From Felis catus (Eukaryota): 64,000 nt of DNA. Position 1 is the first letter of the stretch, and each line of letters opens with the position of its first letter. The notes below the pieces were generated by a model. The model made no database searches, had not been told where the DNA came from, and saw only the letters and a program-made list of their open reading frames with translations. The DNA is taken from NCBI RefSeq assembly GCF_018350175.1, contig NC_058375.1:38564001-38628000 (forward strand), in the 5' to 3' direction. Shown here piece after piece: positions 36,621 to 49,974 of the stretch. The translations under genes and the position numbers were made by a program.

Positions 36621-38303
36621 ATGGCGATTCATAACACTAAGACTTCAAAATATAATTTGATTCATGGTGAGGCTCAGCACTTTGGCCTCTTAATATCTCC
36701 CCACCCCAAAGTGAAGGAAAAGACTTTACTTCCTGCACATCCTGTTCCCACATTGAGGACATGCTGAATAGGAAAACAAGAGTCCACCAGGTTAGAGGAC
36801 CCATCTTCTGAGCCAGCTAGCACCTGAGCCCTGCACTGCCCTCTCCCTCCCTGACCTCGTGGTCCTCTCATCTTCTTGTTCCTGGTTTTTTTTTTTTTTC
36901 CCTAGCATGCACTTAGAAGCAACAACACTAAGCATGCAGCATGACAGGAAGCAGAGGAAGGGCTGGCATTCAGAAACACTTAGACTCTTCAGGAGAAGCC
37001 TTGTAAACAGGGACGAGACAGGAAGCACCCTGGAAGCAGTGCATGCTGGGCAAGGAAGGGCTTTTAGGCACTACTGTGGTCAAGGAAGAAGCACAAACTG
37101 CATCTGATCCTGCAGTCAGAAAATCTAGAAGCTGTCCTGGAGAAGAGCCAACTTCAGGCTGGCAAAATCATGCTGTTGTGAAACCTCAGAAAAGAACCCA
37201 GGGCAGAGCAGTTCAGGTATAAATCAGTGAGGGGTCAACAATGTTTCCCTCCGAGGCTTCCTGTTTGCAAATGCCAGGTCTGTGTAGATCTGGCTCTATT
37301 CAAAGATGATGAAGCAAAACAAAATAAAACCTCTAAAGAAACAAAAAGATGGGACCTTTGGAGAGAAACTAATGCAAAAGGAAAAGGAAATATTGCCCTG
37401 AAAATTTGGAGAAAGAAAGTTTGAAAAGAAATTAAGACCATTTCAGAGGCCATCTGCTTGGAATCTTTCAATAGATGCAAGAGAAGAGCAGAGAGTAGGA
37501 TGTGCCAAAGGCAGAGACACAGGAGTTGAATGAACTGGGATGATATGGCAAAGGAACACAAAATAAGATACCAAATTAAAGTCCCCCCCTGAGAGTAAGA
37601 AAAGAACAGAGTCGATACTGCAGACAGCAGTGATGAGGACTAATTTGAATACCTCTCAAAGAATGCAGAGAAAAATGACAGTGATGGAAATGATGAGAAA
37701 GAAGGTGATGGATACGGGAGATAAGAGTGGAGTCTAAGAATGATCAATATTCTTGGGGGGGGGTTATAATAAAAATGAAAGTGACAAAAACTTAATTGGG
37801 AAAAAATTTAACTAGCTACAACAAAACAAAAGCAAACAAAACAATATCAACTTGAGTCCAAAACCCAAAAGGGATCAGGGATCTAGGCAATATTCATGAA
37901 AAGAAAAACCATAACTAGCAAGATCTTGGAAAAATAAGCTTCAAGGATAAAGAAAATATCACACAGTAAGGAAAACAGGTTGACAGCTAAGCTTAGCTTT
38001 CGATGTTAGAAAAGCAGAATTGAGTGTTGAGGAAGATGGCAAGGGGAGTAAAAGCACCTGAGATTCTCTGTTGTACAAAGAGAAGTAAAAATGATTGCTT
38101 TGTTCTTCACTGACAATTTGAGAAATATGAGGGTAACTGTCTATCACGCATCTTAAGGCATTGCGAGTTAAATTAAAAGAGGATTTTAAACTTCTAAATT
38201 AATACAAGAGATATAAACAAACAAAAAACAGTTTACAAAGAAAGAGAAAACACTTAAGAGCAAAATATATATAAAAGAGAAAGTGTAAAAGCAGATGACA
38301 GAT

Positions 38304-38523
38304 GGGGTGCCTGGTTGGCTCAGTTGGTTAGGCATCTGACTCTTGATTTCAGCTCAGGTCAATCTCATGGTTTGTGGGATCGAGTCCTATGTCAGGCTTT
38401 GCACTGTCAGTGCAGAGCCTCCTTGGGATTCCCTCTCTCTCCCTCTCTTTCTGCTCCTCCCCCCCCCCCACCGCCATAATAAATAAATAACTAAATAAAC
38501 TTAAAAATTTTTTTAACAACAAA
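38304..38523 (+). mobile_element. CanSINE
   Basis: 17-bp TSD aaaagcagatgacagat / aaaagtaggtgacagat. Confidence 0.95.
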
Positions 38524-38671
38524 AAAAGTAGGTGACAGATGATTAAGGGCAAACACACCAGATATGAAATGACTGTAAACTGTCTAAATTATTCTATTAG
38601 AGGACAAAAATTCTCAAGCTAAAACGCAAACACTAAGTTATGTGCAACTTGTAAGAGATAAACTTAATCAA

Positions 38672-38878
38672 AATAGTTAACATTCACTGCATACGCGCCA
38701 TGTGCATTGCACTGTGCTAAACATTTCAGTCATCTCATCTAGGCCACTGTCAACCACATGAGGCAGGGATACTGTTACCCTTGAGAAACCTGCCCCAGGT
38801 CAAGCAGCAGAACTGGTATTGAAACTCAATCCTATCTCAGAGCACAACATCTTAAACATTACCATCTACTGAACCTCA
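38672..38878 (-). mobile_element. MIR inserted in the old L1 endonuclease region
   Basis: aatagttaacattcactg...cactgtgctaaacattt...tgaggcagggatactgttaccc...cttaaacattaccatctactg; L1 sequence resumes on both sides. Confidence 0.7.
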
Positions 38879-39262
38879 GGCAAAATTACACAGTAAGGTT
38901 AAAAATTAAGCTTCCAAAATATTTCAGGCAAACTCAATTAAAGAGAAACAAGAAGTGAAAATATTAACAATAGAGCAGAATTTGAGGCAAAAACCATTAA
39001 CAAGGAAGAGGTTGGTCACATTAAATTGATTAGAAGCAAAAATCTACATTGAAGACTTAACAGTCATAAACTTATTGCAGCCAACAAAATAGCCAAATAT
39101 GTAAAGCAACAAATATTTGAAATTCCTAAAGAAAGCAACAGAAATTGGAGCAGGAGCCTAGATAGCATGCATAGACAAAATAGTCAATTATCCTATTTCT
39201 GTTTTCAGACATTCAAACATAGGTGATTTTTAAAATTCTATTTAAAAAGCAAGGAAATGACA

Positions 39263-39468
39263 GGATACCTGGGTTTTTCAGTTGGTAGAATGTGTGACTT
39301 TTGATTTCAGTTCACGTCATGATCCCAGGGTCGTGGAATTGAGCCCCATATTGGGCTCTGCACTGAGCATGGAGCCTGCTTAATTTTCTCTCTTTCTCTC
39401 TCTCTCTCTCTCCTCTCTAGTCCTTTCCTCTGCTCTCTCTCTCCTTAAAAAAAAAAAAAAAAAAAAAA
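39263..39468 (+). mobile_element. CanSINE (older)
   Basis: Diverged head, CT tract and A22 tail; flanks aaaaagcaaggaa / aaaaagcaggaa. Confidence 0.92.
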
Positions 39469-39475
39469 GCAGGAA

Positions 39476-39602
39476 GGGGCGCCTGAGTGGCTCAGTTGGT
39501 TGAGCATTCAACTTTGGCTCAGGTCATGATCTCACGGTTTGTGGGTTCGAGCTCAGAATTGGGCTCTGTGCTGACAGCTCAGAGCCTGGAGCCTGCTTAA
39601 GA

Positions 39603-39645
<43 letters not shown>

Positions 39646-39715
39646 TTCCCCTCCCCCAGTCACACTCTGTCTCTCTCTCTCTCAAAAATAAACATTTAAA
39701 AATTTTTTTAAAAAA
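39476..39715 (+). mobile_element. Felid SINEC with internal (TG)19 expansion
   Basis: ggggcgcctgagtggctcag head; (TG)19 at 39606-39643. Confidence 0.95.
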
Positions 39716-40295
39716 GAGAAGTGATAAACACAAAATTGATAATTATTGATAATTATAGTTAACTATGAGGGTAAGACTGATAAATGTGAATTATTGGTGA
39801 TGTTCTGATTCTTGAGTGGTGAGTTCACAGGTGTTCATTATGCTTTATAACTTATATACATAACTATATTATTTTATATATATTAAATATTAAAAATATA
39901 AAGAAAAATACTAAAAGAAAAAACACATTAAAAAGATATTTGAAGAAAATAATCAATAAAGTTAAGTCAATGACAAAAAAACATTTTTTCACTCTACAGA
40001 GAATAATTTTGTATTCCAAATAATAATATAAATATATATAATTTTAATTTTATAACCATAACTACTAAAACCAGAAATTGGTATTAATGTCTCAACAGCA
40101 ACAGAAATAGCTGCACCTAAATGCTGCATGGAGATTAAAATCACCTTTATAAAAATGTTATGTCATAGAATAAAAAGAAAAAATACAATTACAAAATATT
40201 TAGAAAATAATAAAAATATAAATAAACAATTTATGAAACTAATGGAATGCTGCCAAAATCATGCTCAGAGAGAAATTATGCTCAAATGCAGTCTT

Positions 40296-40498
40296 TTTTG
40301 TTTTTTATATTTTTACTTATTTTGAGAGAGAGAGAGCAAGTGGGAGAGGGATAGAGACGGAAGGAGACAGAAGCTCAAGCAGGTTCCACACTGGCAGTGC
40401 AGAGCCCAATGTGGGGCTTGAACTCACAAACAGTGAGATCATGACCTGAGCCTAAGTCAAGAGTTGGACGCTTAACCAACTGAGCCACCAAGGTGCCC
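40296..40498 (-). mobile_element. CanSINE
   Basis: 17-bp TSD tgctcaaatgca(g/t)tctt at 40279-40295 and 40499-40515. Confidence 0.96.
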
Positions 40499-42629
40499 TG
40501 CTCAAATGCATTCTTAACTAAATTGAAAAGACTAAGAAAAATAAATAAGACTGTAACTACATAATCTGCAAAGAAAAAAAAAGAAACCTATGAAAACCAG
40601 TAGGAAAAAAGTAGTAAAGCTATAGATGAATAAATTAGCAGAAAGAAAAATGGTAAGTTTAATATAGAAATACAAGAGCTACTTTTTTTTTTTTTACAAA
40701 AGTAATAAGTATGACAAACCTCTGACAAAAAACAATCAAGAAAAAAGTGACCAATATAGAGCAACAAAGTAAAGGGGATATAACAACAATGGACTTTTTT
40801 TTTTTTTTTTAATTACAAGAGGCAAGGTTGTCAAGACAAGAGGGATGTTTTTGGATGTTACCAATATTGACTTTAGAAGTGAAAGACCTGAGTGACCATA
40901 AAAGAAAATGAGAAATTATAAAGGCTCTTGGTCCAAATAGTTTTATGGGCATTTCCCCCCCAAATATTTGTGATTAGACAGTTCTTGAACTAAATATCTC
41001 TTCTAAAGCATATAAAAATATAGGAAGTTACTCAAGATAACACAAGCTCAATATCAAAGCTATAAAAAAATGGTCTCTCATGCTTATAAAAGTTGAAGTC
41101 CAAAATCCAATACCTGCATGTCAAATGTAGCAAGATCAAGAAGGTTCATACCAGGAATGCAAGATGAGTAATGAAGTATAATAGTGAAACAAACAGGTCA
41201 AATCAGAGAACTGATAGTCATTTGATAAAATGAAAACACTCAATGATAATTTTAAAAAAATGAATAAATTAAAAATGGAAGGCACTTCCTCAACATGCTA
41301 AAGAGTATTTATCTTAAAATGAGGGCTAATTTCATAGTGAATTGTGAAATAGTATAGGTATTCTCATTAAAACTTAGTAATAAGACAAGTATCATTATTA
41401 TTTCAAATTGATATATAAGAATTAATACAGTATGGTAGGAAATATAATTCAGAGTTATAAATATTGGAAAGGAAGAGACAAATTATCATTGTTTGTAAAT
41501 GATATGGTTATTTAATTAGAAAGCCCTAAAATTATCAACTGAAAAAAACTCCTAAACAAATTGGTGGTATTAATGCCAAAAAAACCAAATTAGTAGCTTT
41601 TTCTAAATACCAACAAGAATTAAGATTAAAACTAAAATTTGAAAACATGTCAGTCATAGTAACAACAAAAATATAAAATCTTAAGGAATAATTTAGGGAC
41701 TTAAATGAAGAAAACTATAAAACTTCACTGAAACACCTAAAAGAAGACTTGAACAAGTGAAAATAGATGCTGCATTTTTGTATAGGAAGGCTGAATAGTA
41801 TAAAGATGTTAATTTCCAAGCTAATGTATGGATTTTATTCAAAATTAATCTCAAAAAAATCATTCTGAAGTTTATCTAGAAGAATAAATAGTGAGATTAA
41901 GATATTATAGCGTAAAAGAGGAAGATGCTTAGCCTCTCAGATGTTAAAGCATATTTCAAGCTAAAATTATAACACAAGGGGGTATTAATGGTATATAAAA
42001 AATGAGCAGACATTTCAAAATAGGTAAATAGATAACTTTAAAACCAAATCCAATATACACACTCAAGCACAGGATACACTCTTATAGGCATATAGGTTAT
42101 CACACAATTGTATGGAAGTGTATGTAAATACATGCACACACATAAATACCAAATACACCTCCACATGTTAGCTTAATACAGGATAAGATACATCTGAGAG
42201 CAAAGTAAAACAGTGAAGCCACAGGGCCATATGAACTCACAGGTGGACTCTTGGGTCAATTAGGGCTCCCTGGGGTTTGAAAAGGGGTGACCCACAATGA
42301 ATGAAGGCAATTTCAGGGTGGCTGTGAAAGTTCCTGTCACCTGACATATGCTGAGCACATGCATTTCAAGATATGTTTGATGACTGAATGGGAAGGAAAG
42401 AAGGGGGAAAAAGAAAGATGGAAGGAAGAGCAGACAGGAGAAGGAACAGGAGGGAGAAGAAAAAAGAGCACATCTTGTGGGCAGCACAGAGGAGTTTGGG
42501 GGCCAGTCAGACAGCATCCACGTCAGGACCCAACACAAGGCCTGACATGAAGTCAGGACTTGAGAGGTGTTTGTTGAATTAATTCTATCTCTATATTCTT
42601 TATCCAGTTACATTTGTCTGCATAACCCT

Positions 42630-42795
42630 TAACGTGACCCAAGATCAGATCATGTTTGTTTATTTATTTTTTGTCCGTCTCCCTGACTAGCTCATAAGCT
42701 CCACGGGATAGGAATTTTGGGTATCTTTTCACCCCTAGAACAGTACACACCACATGGGTAGTCCTCAAAAACTATTTGTTGAATAAATAAAGGAA
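42630..42795 (+). mobile_element. L2 3' end relic
   Basis: gtctccctgactagctcataagctccacggga...cctagaacagta...tatttgttgaataaataaa. Confidence 0.8.
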
Positions 42796-43838
42796 GGCTG
42801 AGGGAAGCTGTAAAGGGCCATGAATGTCAAGCTCAGCAAAATGGCCATGATATTGTTGGAACCGGGCCATCATCGAGTACCATTAAATTTGTAAGGGAAG
42901 AGTGGTTTGTAGAGCATGTTGTTTTTATGGATGTCCCCATTTTTCAAGTAAGGAAGCTCTCTTTCCGGAGATGAGAGGCGCTTCTCAAGGGAGTCATGGA
43001 AATGGATTGGAATATCCAAAGTCAGGAGACACCTAGATGGAACCCACCAGACTAAAGAAGAATTAAGGCTTAAGGTTGGGGGGAATTTTCCTGACTTGTT
43101 CAGGTAGCATCTGGGGCCCATCTGATAATTCACAGATGCCTCAGATATGAATAGAGCCCAAAGCAGAGGTGGCTTCCTGGCTGCATCAGCGAGGACCTTT
43201 CAAACTTCAGGGAGTGATTGCACTCAGAAGGGAGCTGTATCTATGGGGTAATAATCCATGATGGAAGAGTCCCTTCCTCCATGAAGCCTTCCTGAATTAT
43301 AACCTCAATCCAGGAAAATTGTAAGCTCCTTGAAGGGAGGGTCTCAGATTCCTTTTGCATTTCTAGCACCTCACACAGAGTTGGGCACAGCATAGGGGTT
43401 CCACAAAGCATCACTTAACGACTTTCACAGTCAAACCAGGTTTCAAATCCAGCTGTCTCTGATTCCAGTGCCTTGACACCCCCTGCCCCACACTGTCCAC
43501 CCTAGCCTTACCCCATTTCATTCACAAAGCAAAGGGGCTTTTATCCCCAGCTCAGATCCAAATGATATATCAGTATCTTAATAGCCCACAACAACTGCAT
43601 CCCTCACATTACAGGAATAACATATCTATATGACATCTGGAGGAAGGACATGGCATTTTTTTTTCTGCTGCTGCTGAGGATATGATGCCAGAGAAATCTC
43701 ATTACAACAAATCAAATGAGAGGGACAAAGAGATTTGCATATTTATCCCATCCTATGGCTCAGGGACAGCAGACTCTTGTTCATGTAGCAGATTACAATC
43801 CAACATGGAGAGCAGGCATGGACACATGGTAGGGGCTG

Positions 43839-43882
43839 GGAAGGAAGGAAGGAAGGAAGGAAGGAAGGAAGGAAGGAAGGAA
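43839..43882 (+). repeat. (GGAA)11 microsatellite
   Basis: Eleven exact copies. Confidence 0.97.
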
Positions 43883-45159
43883 GGCAGGCCACATCTCATT
43901 TCCTTAGCTCATCACTGGGTGCCACCCATACCCCTGTGACACTATCATCAATATGCAAACACATCACAGAGAATCTGGTGGCAGGGGGAAGGGGTGGGGT
44001 GGTCCGTGGCAGCGAGGAGAGAAAGAGGAGTGAGCCCAGGTTTGGCTTCCATCCTGATGATTCTTCTGTTCCCAGGGGATGAGTAGGAAGATCATGAGGT
44101 TTCTGCCAGGTTGACCTGGACTTAAATCCTGACTCTGCTACTAACCAGCAGTGTGACCTCAGACATGCTGATGGCCCACTCTGAGCCTGTGTCCTCAGCT
44201 AAAACTATGGATAAAAATATCTGCCTTGGATACTGTGGGAGTTCAAGATGATCTGCATAAAGTTTCTTGAGTATCAAACAATGTGAAAGTACTTCACTGG
44301 CTCTAAATTTCTGTACATATATACAATAATCACAAGTTATTGTTTTTAACTTAGTCTCTCAACCACAGGCAGCTAATTTACTTCACTTGGGAAAAAGGAA
44401 AAAATGGAAGCACAGAGAGACTTGGTGACATCTTCCAAATCTTGTCTGCTGAGGCCCTACAGCTGATTCTCTGGTCCCTTGACTGGCCTCAGGCACTGGC
44501 AGGCAGCCGAGGAGGAAGCCTGAGGGCAGAGCGCCTGCTTGGCATGTACTGGGAGCCCTGGCATGCCTCCCATCTCCAAGTCCTCACCCTTGGGGGCTCC
44601 TCTTCCACTCTCCCAGGGACCATTAATTTACATCCCCCTGGAAAGCTCCTGGACTGAGGCCACCAAGCAGGGAATGCAGCCAATACCATGACTAAAAGGG
44701 GACAGCAGGACAGAGGACACAGTCCTTCTCTGCTATGCTCAGTTGGGTGGGAAAGCAGAGGTAACCTCCTAGGCAGGGTGTCTGCCTACCCCGGAGGGGC
44801 CACAGCACCCCACCCTGGCTTTGGGACTGGCAAGGCACTGGTGTAAGAAGGGCCCCCAGGTCCACCCCCAACTGCATAGTCAGTTCCAGTGGCCAACCTA
44901 GAACCCTAAGCAGCCAGTCATGGCAAAACCTCAGAGCCCCTCTGGTGACCATGGTGTATGTCCCCTCCCCCGCTGCCCTGCTGCTCTTGGGAACATCCCA
45001 ACGTTGGGGGAGTGCTGAGGTGGCCCTTTGCCAAATCAGCCTCCATTCTCATCCACCACTGAGAGTGTCAGATTATGTTGTCCCTTCTGATGCCAGCTCT
45101 GGTCTGCAGATCTGGCACCATTGATCCTGGGTGGTGGAAAGTAGAAGGAAGAGAAAAAG

Positions 45160-45390
45160 CAATATTTGCATACCTGCTGTGTGCCAGCCACCACATGAGG
45201 CAATTCACAACTTTCTCTTTAAAACCTTCACAATGACCTCATGAAATGGATCAGACCCACGCTGTGGGTGAGGAAACTGAGGTTCATACAGGTTAAGTAA
45301 CACTTCCGAGATCACATGGCTTGTGAGTGGGAAAATGGGAGTTGAACTCAGGTGTGTTTGATTCAGAAACCCATGTCTTTGTACTACGGC
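45160..45390 (-). mobile_element. MIR relic
   Basis: tgaggaaactgaggttcatacaggttaagtaacacttccgagatcacatggct. Confidence 0.88.
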
Positions 45391-45779
45391 ACCCTTAGGC
45401 TTGGCATGCCGAGCACTGTGCTGGGCAGAAGAGGCCACATGTGGGGAACCCCACACCATGAGGTGCTGTCTCTGTAGCCAAGGAGCTACCAGTCTAGTGG
45501 GAAGACGGAGGTGAAGGCCAGCATTCACGTGCAGGTTCCACCGGTCTTCCTCTGGGACCCTGGGTGGTTCCTGGAATGGGTTCTGGGACCCCAAGAGGCA
45601 CCCCAAAGAGCTCTGAACGGATAGACAGATCTGGGTCTGCCCAGAGAATGGCCTCAACTCAGGTCCTGTCTACACGGCCCACCTCATCCCTGTCCACTTC
45701 TCCACCACTGCTTCTCCCCTGCATCACATCATGTGTCCTAGGCTGCCTTGCCTCTGCTGGGACACCTTGGTACTCCCTG

Positions 45780-46173
45780 CCTCAGGGGCCTCTGCCATGA
45801 TGATCTTGAGGTCTGGAATGCAACACCGGTCTCTCAGCTGCCACATGGGGTGACTTTCTCACTCCATTCAGGTCTCTGCTCACATACCACCTTCTTGGAG
45901 AAGAGCTCCCTGACCAAACAGCATCCTTGCACCACGTGTCTTCTACCCCACCTAACTTTCCTGAGAAGTACTAATCATGACCTGCCATTATAAATCTGCT
46001 TGCCCATTTGTCATTTTGTCTGTCTCCCTCCACTAGAGTATCAGCTCCATGAGGACAAGGACATCAAATACCAGCATTCAGAACAAGCCAGGAATATTGT
46101 AGCAACTCCATAAATATTTGTTAAATGAACAAATGCAGTAATGAAAAGATGAATGAATCAATGAATGAATGAA
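45780..46173 (+). mobile_element. L2a-type 3' end
   Basis: ttcaggtctctgctca...tgtctccctccactagagtatcagctccatgaggacaagga...taaatatttgttaaatgaa...tgaatgaatgaa. Confidence 0.85.
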
Positions 46174-49100
46174 GTGACTGTGTCCAAGGTCTCTGACCTC
46201 TTGAGTCCACAACTCTTACTTGAATACAGTTCCTGGCAGCGGCCGCAAGGAAGCACCAGGGGAACCGTATCCAAGGTGGCTATGCTCCAGATAGTCAGCC
46301 TCAGCCATCTGGAACATCCACTGAGGGGAAACAGTTTAAACCATCTGCTTAACTGCTGAGGTTGTCCTTGAGTGAAGTACCCTGGCTAGGACACCAGTCA
46401 CCTCCCTGGCTTGCCTTCTGCCCTGAATTTGTCCAAAGGCTTAGCTTCTGGCCTAGCAAGAAGGACTTAATCAGCACCAGGCAGATGTGGGATCTCTAGC
46501 TCAGCCCCAGCTGGAGCCAGACTACCATCGCCATGGAATGGAGAGAGAGCCTCCGCTGAGACACTGCCAAGTGCTCAGGCCAATCAGCACATGCCTTGGG
46601 CATCATCTTCCAGAAAGCATTTTGGGGGCTGCTGGTAGGCATCCCAGTGCTCTGCTGAAATAGCCTCTTTAGTTATACAATAGCAGGTGACAAAGACTAA
46701 TCTTCCTCGGCAGAAATTCCCTGGTGTTTGGTGTGCTTCTCACACTTAAATCCAGCATTGCAGAGACTCCATGGGCTGGAAATTGGGCATTTCCCTGCAG
46801 CTGCCCATTGGAACTGCCAGTGCGGGGGGCTCTGGTGAGAGGGGTCTGCCCCCAGAGTCTGGCAGGGAGACACCCCAGCTGGAGTTCAAGTGAGGGCCTT
46901 GGGTTCTATGTGTCCAATTGGGGGTGAGGTCTGTTGTTCTACTTTGAGTTGGGGTCACTTTTTGGCCTCTAGAAATATTTTACTTTGGGAGTCTGAGAGT
47001 GATGTTCTAGCAAAGAAAAGGGTCATGGGAGAGAAAGAACACGGACAGGCATTTTCTATGTGTTCAGGGTTTCCTACACGTTTGCTCATTTAACCCTGTG
47101 ATGTGGGCAGTGTCATTGCCATTTTTCAGATGTGGAAACTGAGGCTCAGATAGAGGTGAAGGGATTGTCCAAGGTGACAAGGGATTTTCCAGGGTTCCAG
47201 CTAGTAAACATATATCTGCTTGAAGGTTGCCTTTGTGGGAAAACTATTTTACCCTCAAGCCCACACCCAGGCATTTTCTATAGAACTGCCCTCTGCTCAG
47301 CCACCCAGGTGCCTCTTCTGTGACTGGGCTGAATGACACCCAGGGGCAGGGCAGTGGCAGCAATGAAGGCATGCCATGGGTGCAAGGGTTTTGTGAGGCA
47401 CAACACAGAGGTTGGTTGTGATCTCAGGGCTGCAGGAGCCCTGCAGAGGGAATGGCCACTCAGAGGCAAAGGAGAAGGGCCTTGAGAAACCACAATGGTT
47501 CTGAGATGGAAGTCACAGCATATGCAAAGACCCAGAGGCACCATGGGAGTGACAGAGAGAGCAGTGGTTGGGAAGATTTGTGGGGAGTGTCCAGGAAGAG
47601 GACCCCATATTACCAAGGGGACAATTTATTCTGCCACCAGTGGGGCCTACTGAGGTCTGGTAGGCAAGGGAGGCCATACTTACAGCCTTGTTTCCAGGAG
47701 ATTGTCTGGGCCACTGAGTGAGGGACAGATTGGAAAGGCTGAGCCTAAAGCCTGTTTTCTTCTTTTAGGGAAATGATTTTCCAAAGTACTGTAGCCTCTG
47801 AGAAGTAGCCTGCCACCATCTGAGGATACAGAATAGAAGTCTCCCTGGTGCTGGCAACTTTTCCCCACTGGCTACCTCCCTCTGCTTCCCTAAGGTCTCC
47901 CTGCCTGAGACCCAGACTTTCCTGCAGACTTGAGCTTGGGGGGAGTCTGCAAAGCTTGGCAGGACCAGGGCCATCCTTGCCTGGACTACACATCAGGCCT
48001 TGAATAAGGGAACTTGACTTGAGGCCAGGAGGACTTGTGGGGGAAGAAGGGAAGGGTGGCCATGTGTTGCCTGAGGAGAAAGGCTCCAGTCTGGCCATGG
48101 TCTCCCTCTTGTTAACTTGTTGAATGAGCTCAGGGAAGTCCCTCCCCTCTCTGGCCTCAGGGTCTGTCACTAAAGTGAGGGAAGGACCCAATGACCACTA
48201 GCTACCACTGACTCTCCAGAAGCAGCCCAAACCTACCACTCACAGCCTTCCTGCCTTTCTGTTCTCCCTTCTTCTTTCCTTCCACAAAGTTCCATGAAAT
48301 GTCTATTTTGTACAAGGCTCTGAGTGAGGCTTCGTGGCTACAAGAACAGATAAAAATACTACCTGTTTGAGGGGGAGTTAAGATGGCAGAGCAGCATGGA
48401 GACCCTGAGCTTGTCTCATCCCTGAAACACAGGTAGATCAGCAAACCATTTTGAACACATAGGAAATTGGTCTGAGTATTAACACAACAATCTGAATAAC
48501 TTGAGCCACAGAACTTGGTGGGTACACAGTGCAGAGAAGTGAACTGGAGGAGAAAAAAACCATGAAGGGTAGGCAGCTGTTTTTGTGGAGAGAGGACAAA
48601 GAAAAGGAAAGGGGGAGAGTTCGGCTCACAGGAAGAGTGTGGCCCTTCATGCCAGTGCGAGAAAAGCACTCCCCCGAAAGTAGCTGGAGAGAGAGAGAAA
48701 GAAAAAGTAAAACCATCACAGGGGACTGAACAAGAAATCTGTTTCCCCAAACCACCGATGGGAAGAAAGGAGAGGGTTTCAATACCACAAGAATTCTACA
48801 AACAGTGTAGCGCAGAGTCTGAAGCTTCAGAGCTCAGCGCCTGGCAGTGCTCTGGTGAGAAAGCAGGACAAATCCCCAGGAGCAGGCAGTGGGGTCTGAG
48901 GGGTCCATGGGCCACACAGGGAGAAGTGGTTCCCCTGCTTAGAGTGCATTTGGTAGAGGCCATAAGGCTTCTGCACAGCCAAAGGACCCAACAGACCCCG
49001 GAGAGCATCCATGTTTGCTGGTATTGGGAAAAGGATGCCAGAGTGCAGTGAAACCTGGTGCTGGCTGTGTGTTGTGGTTAGTCACGATCTCTGAATCTGC

Positions 49101-49974
49101 TACTGCACAACCACATGAATGTTTTCTGGGGCAAGCCAGCACCTGGCCATTGCTCAGCAAGACCCTCCCCCAGAAAGCTGAAGCAGGTCCAAGCTGCAGA
49201 GGTCTCTGAAGGTTTTGAAACACAACCCCCACTGAGATAAAACTCTGGAGGGAGGTGCTGCCTGGAAGGTGGATGGCTTGGACATGGACGGGGTAGACTC
49301 AGAGTGGGCAGAAGCCTGAGCCAAAGGAGGGGTGCTTGATTGTAGGTCAGTGAGAGCCCAAGGTCCTGTGCCAGAGACTAAGGAGCTGGGTGAAGCCATT
49401 GCTACCTCTCTTGTTCAGGCGCACATGCTCCACATTGATCCACCCCAGTAAGCTAAGCAGCGCCATAGTGGAGAATGGAGCTGTTACACCAAGCCCCACC
49501 CAACTGTGCCTTCCAGGCACATCCCCCAGAAGATGAGCACAAGTCAACTGGATGTAACTTCATTTGGGTTTCATTCTGTCTGCCTGTTCATTTATTTGTT
49601 CATTTTCTTTGCTTCTGTTTTTTTGTTTAAATTGCTTTCTTATTTTCTGTTTTATTCTTTCGTTTCTTCCTCATTCTTGGATACAAAAAGAGAAAAAATT
49701 ATTTTAATTTTAATTTTATTTTTGCTTTATTTGTTATTAAAACATTTTTTTATTCTATTTCATTTTCTTTATTTAATTTTATTCTATTTTATTTTAATTT
49801 TTTTCTTGCCTTTTTTTTCTCTTTATTCTTTCCCTTTTCCTCTATTCTATCAAGCTTCTTTCAACAAGCAGACCAAAACACACCTAGGATCTAGCCTCCA
49901 GTATTTGATTTTTTGTTTTTTTTAAAGTTTTTAATTTTAATTTTTTACTTTATTAATTGTTTTCTGCCTCCAAA

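Larger units (their letters stand above)
37100..42060 (+). mobile_element. Ancient, heavily decayed L1 (L1M/L1ME-type): ORF1 plus most of ORF2, with nested elements
   Basis: A-rich plus strand; recognisable ORF2 landmarks in order: endonuclease region near 38550-39180, tatgacaaacctctg near 40710, ggttcataccaggaatgcaagatg near 41145, aaattatcattgtttgtaaatgatatgg near 41480 (decayed FADD region), aaagaagacttgaacaagtg near 41740. Confidence 0.8.

Noticed and set aside
48202-48788. Antisense ORFs in the L1 5'UTR (ORF0 analogue?)
   Set aside because: The 182-aa ORF starts at TTG and runs out of the element. Antisense of purine-rich UTR sequence is stop-poor, and I recognise no similarity to primate ORF0.
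49560-49965. Long T-rich low-complexity tract and hydrophobic 139-aa ORF
   Set aside because: Lies in the distal 5'UTR of the L1 just before ORF1; the ORF composition simply reflects T-richness
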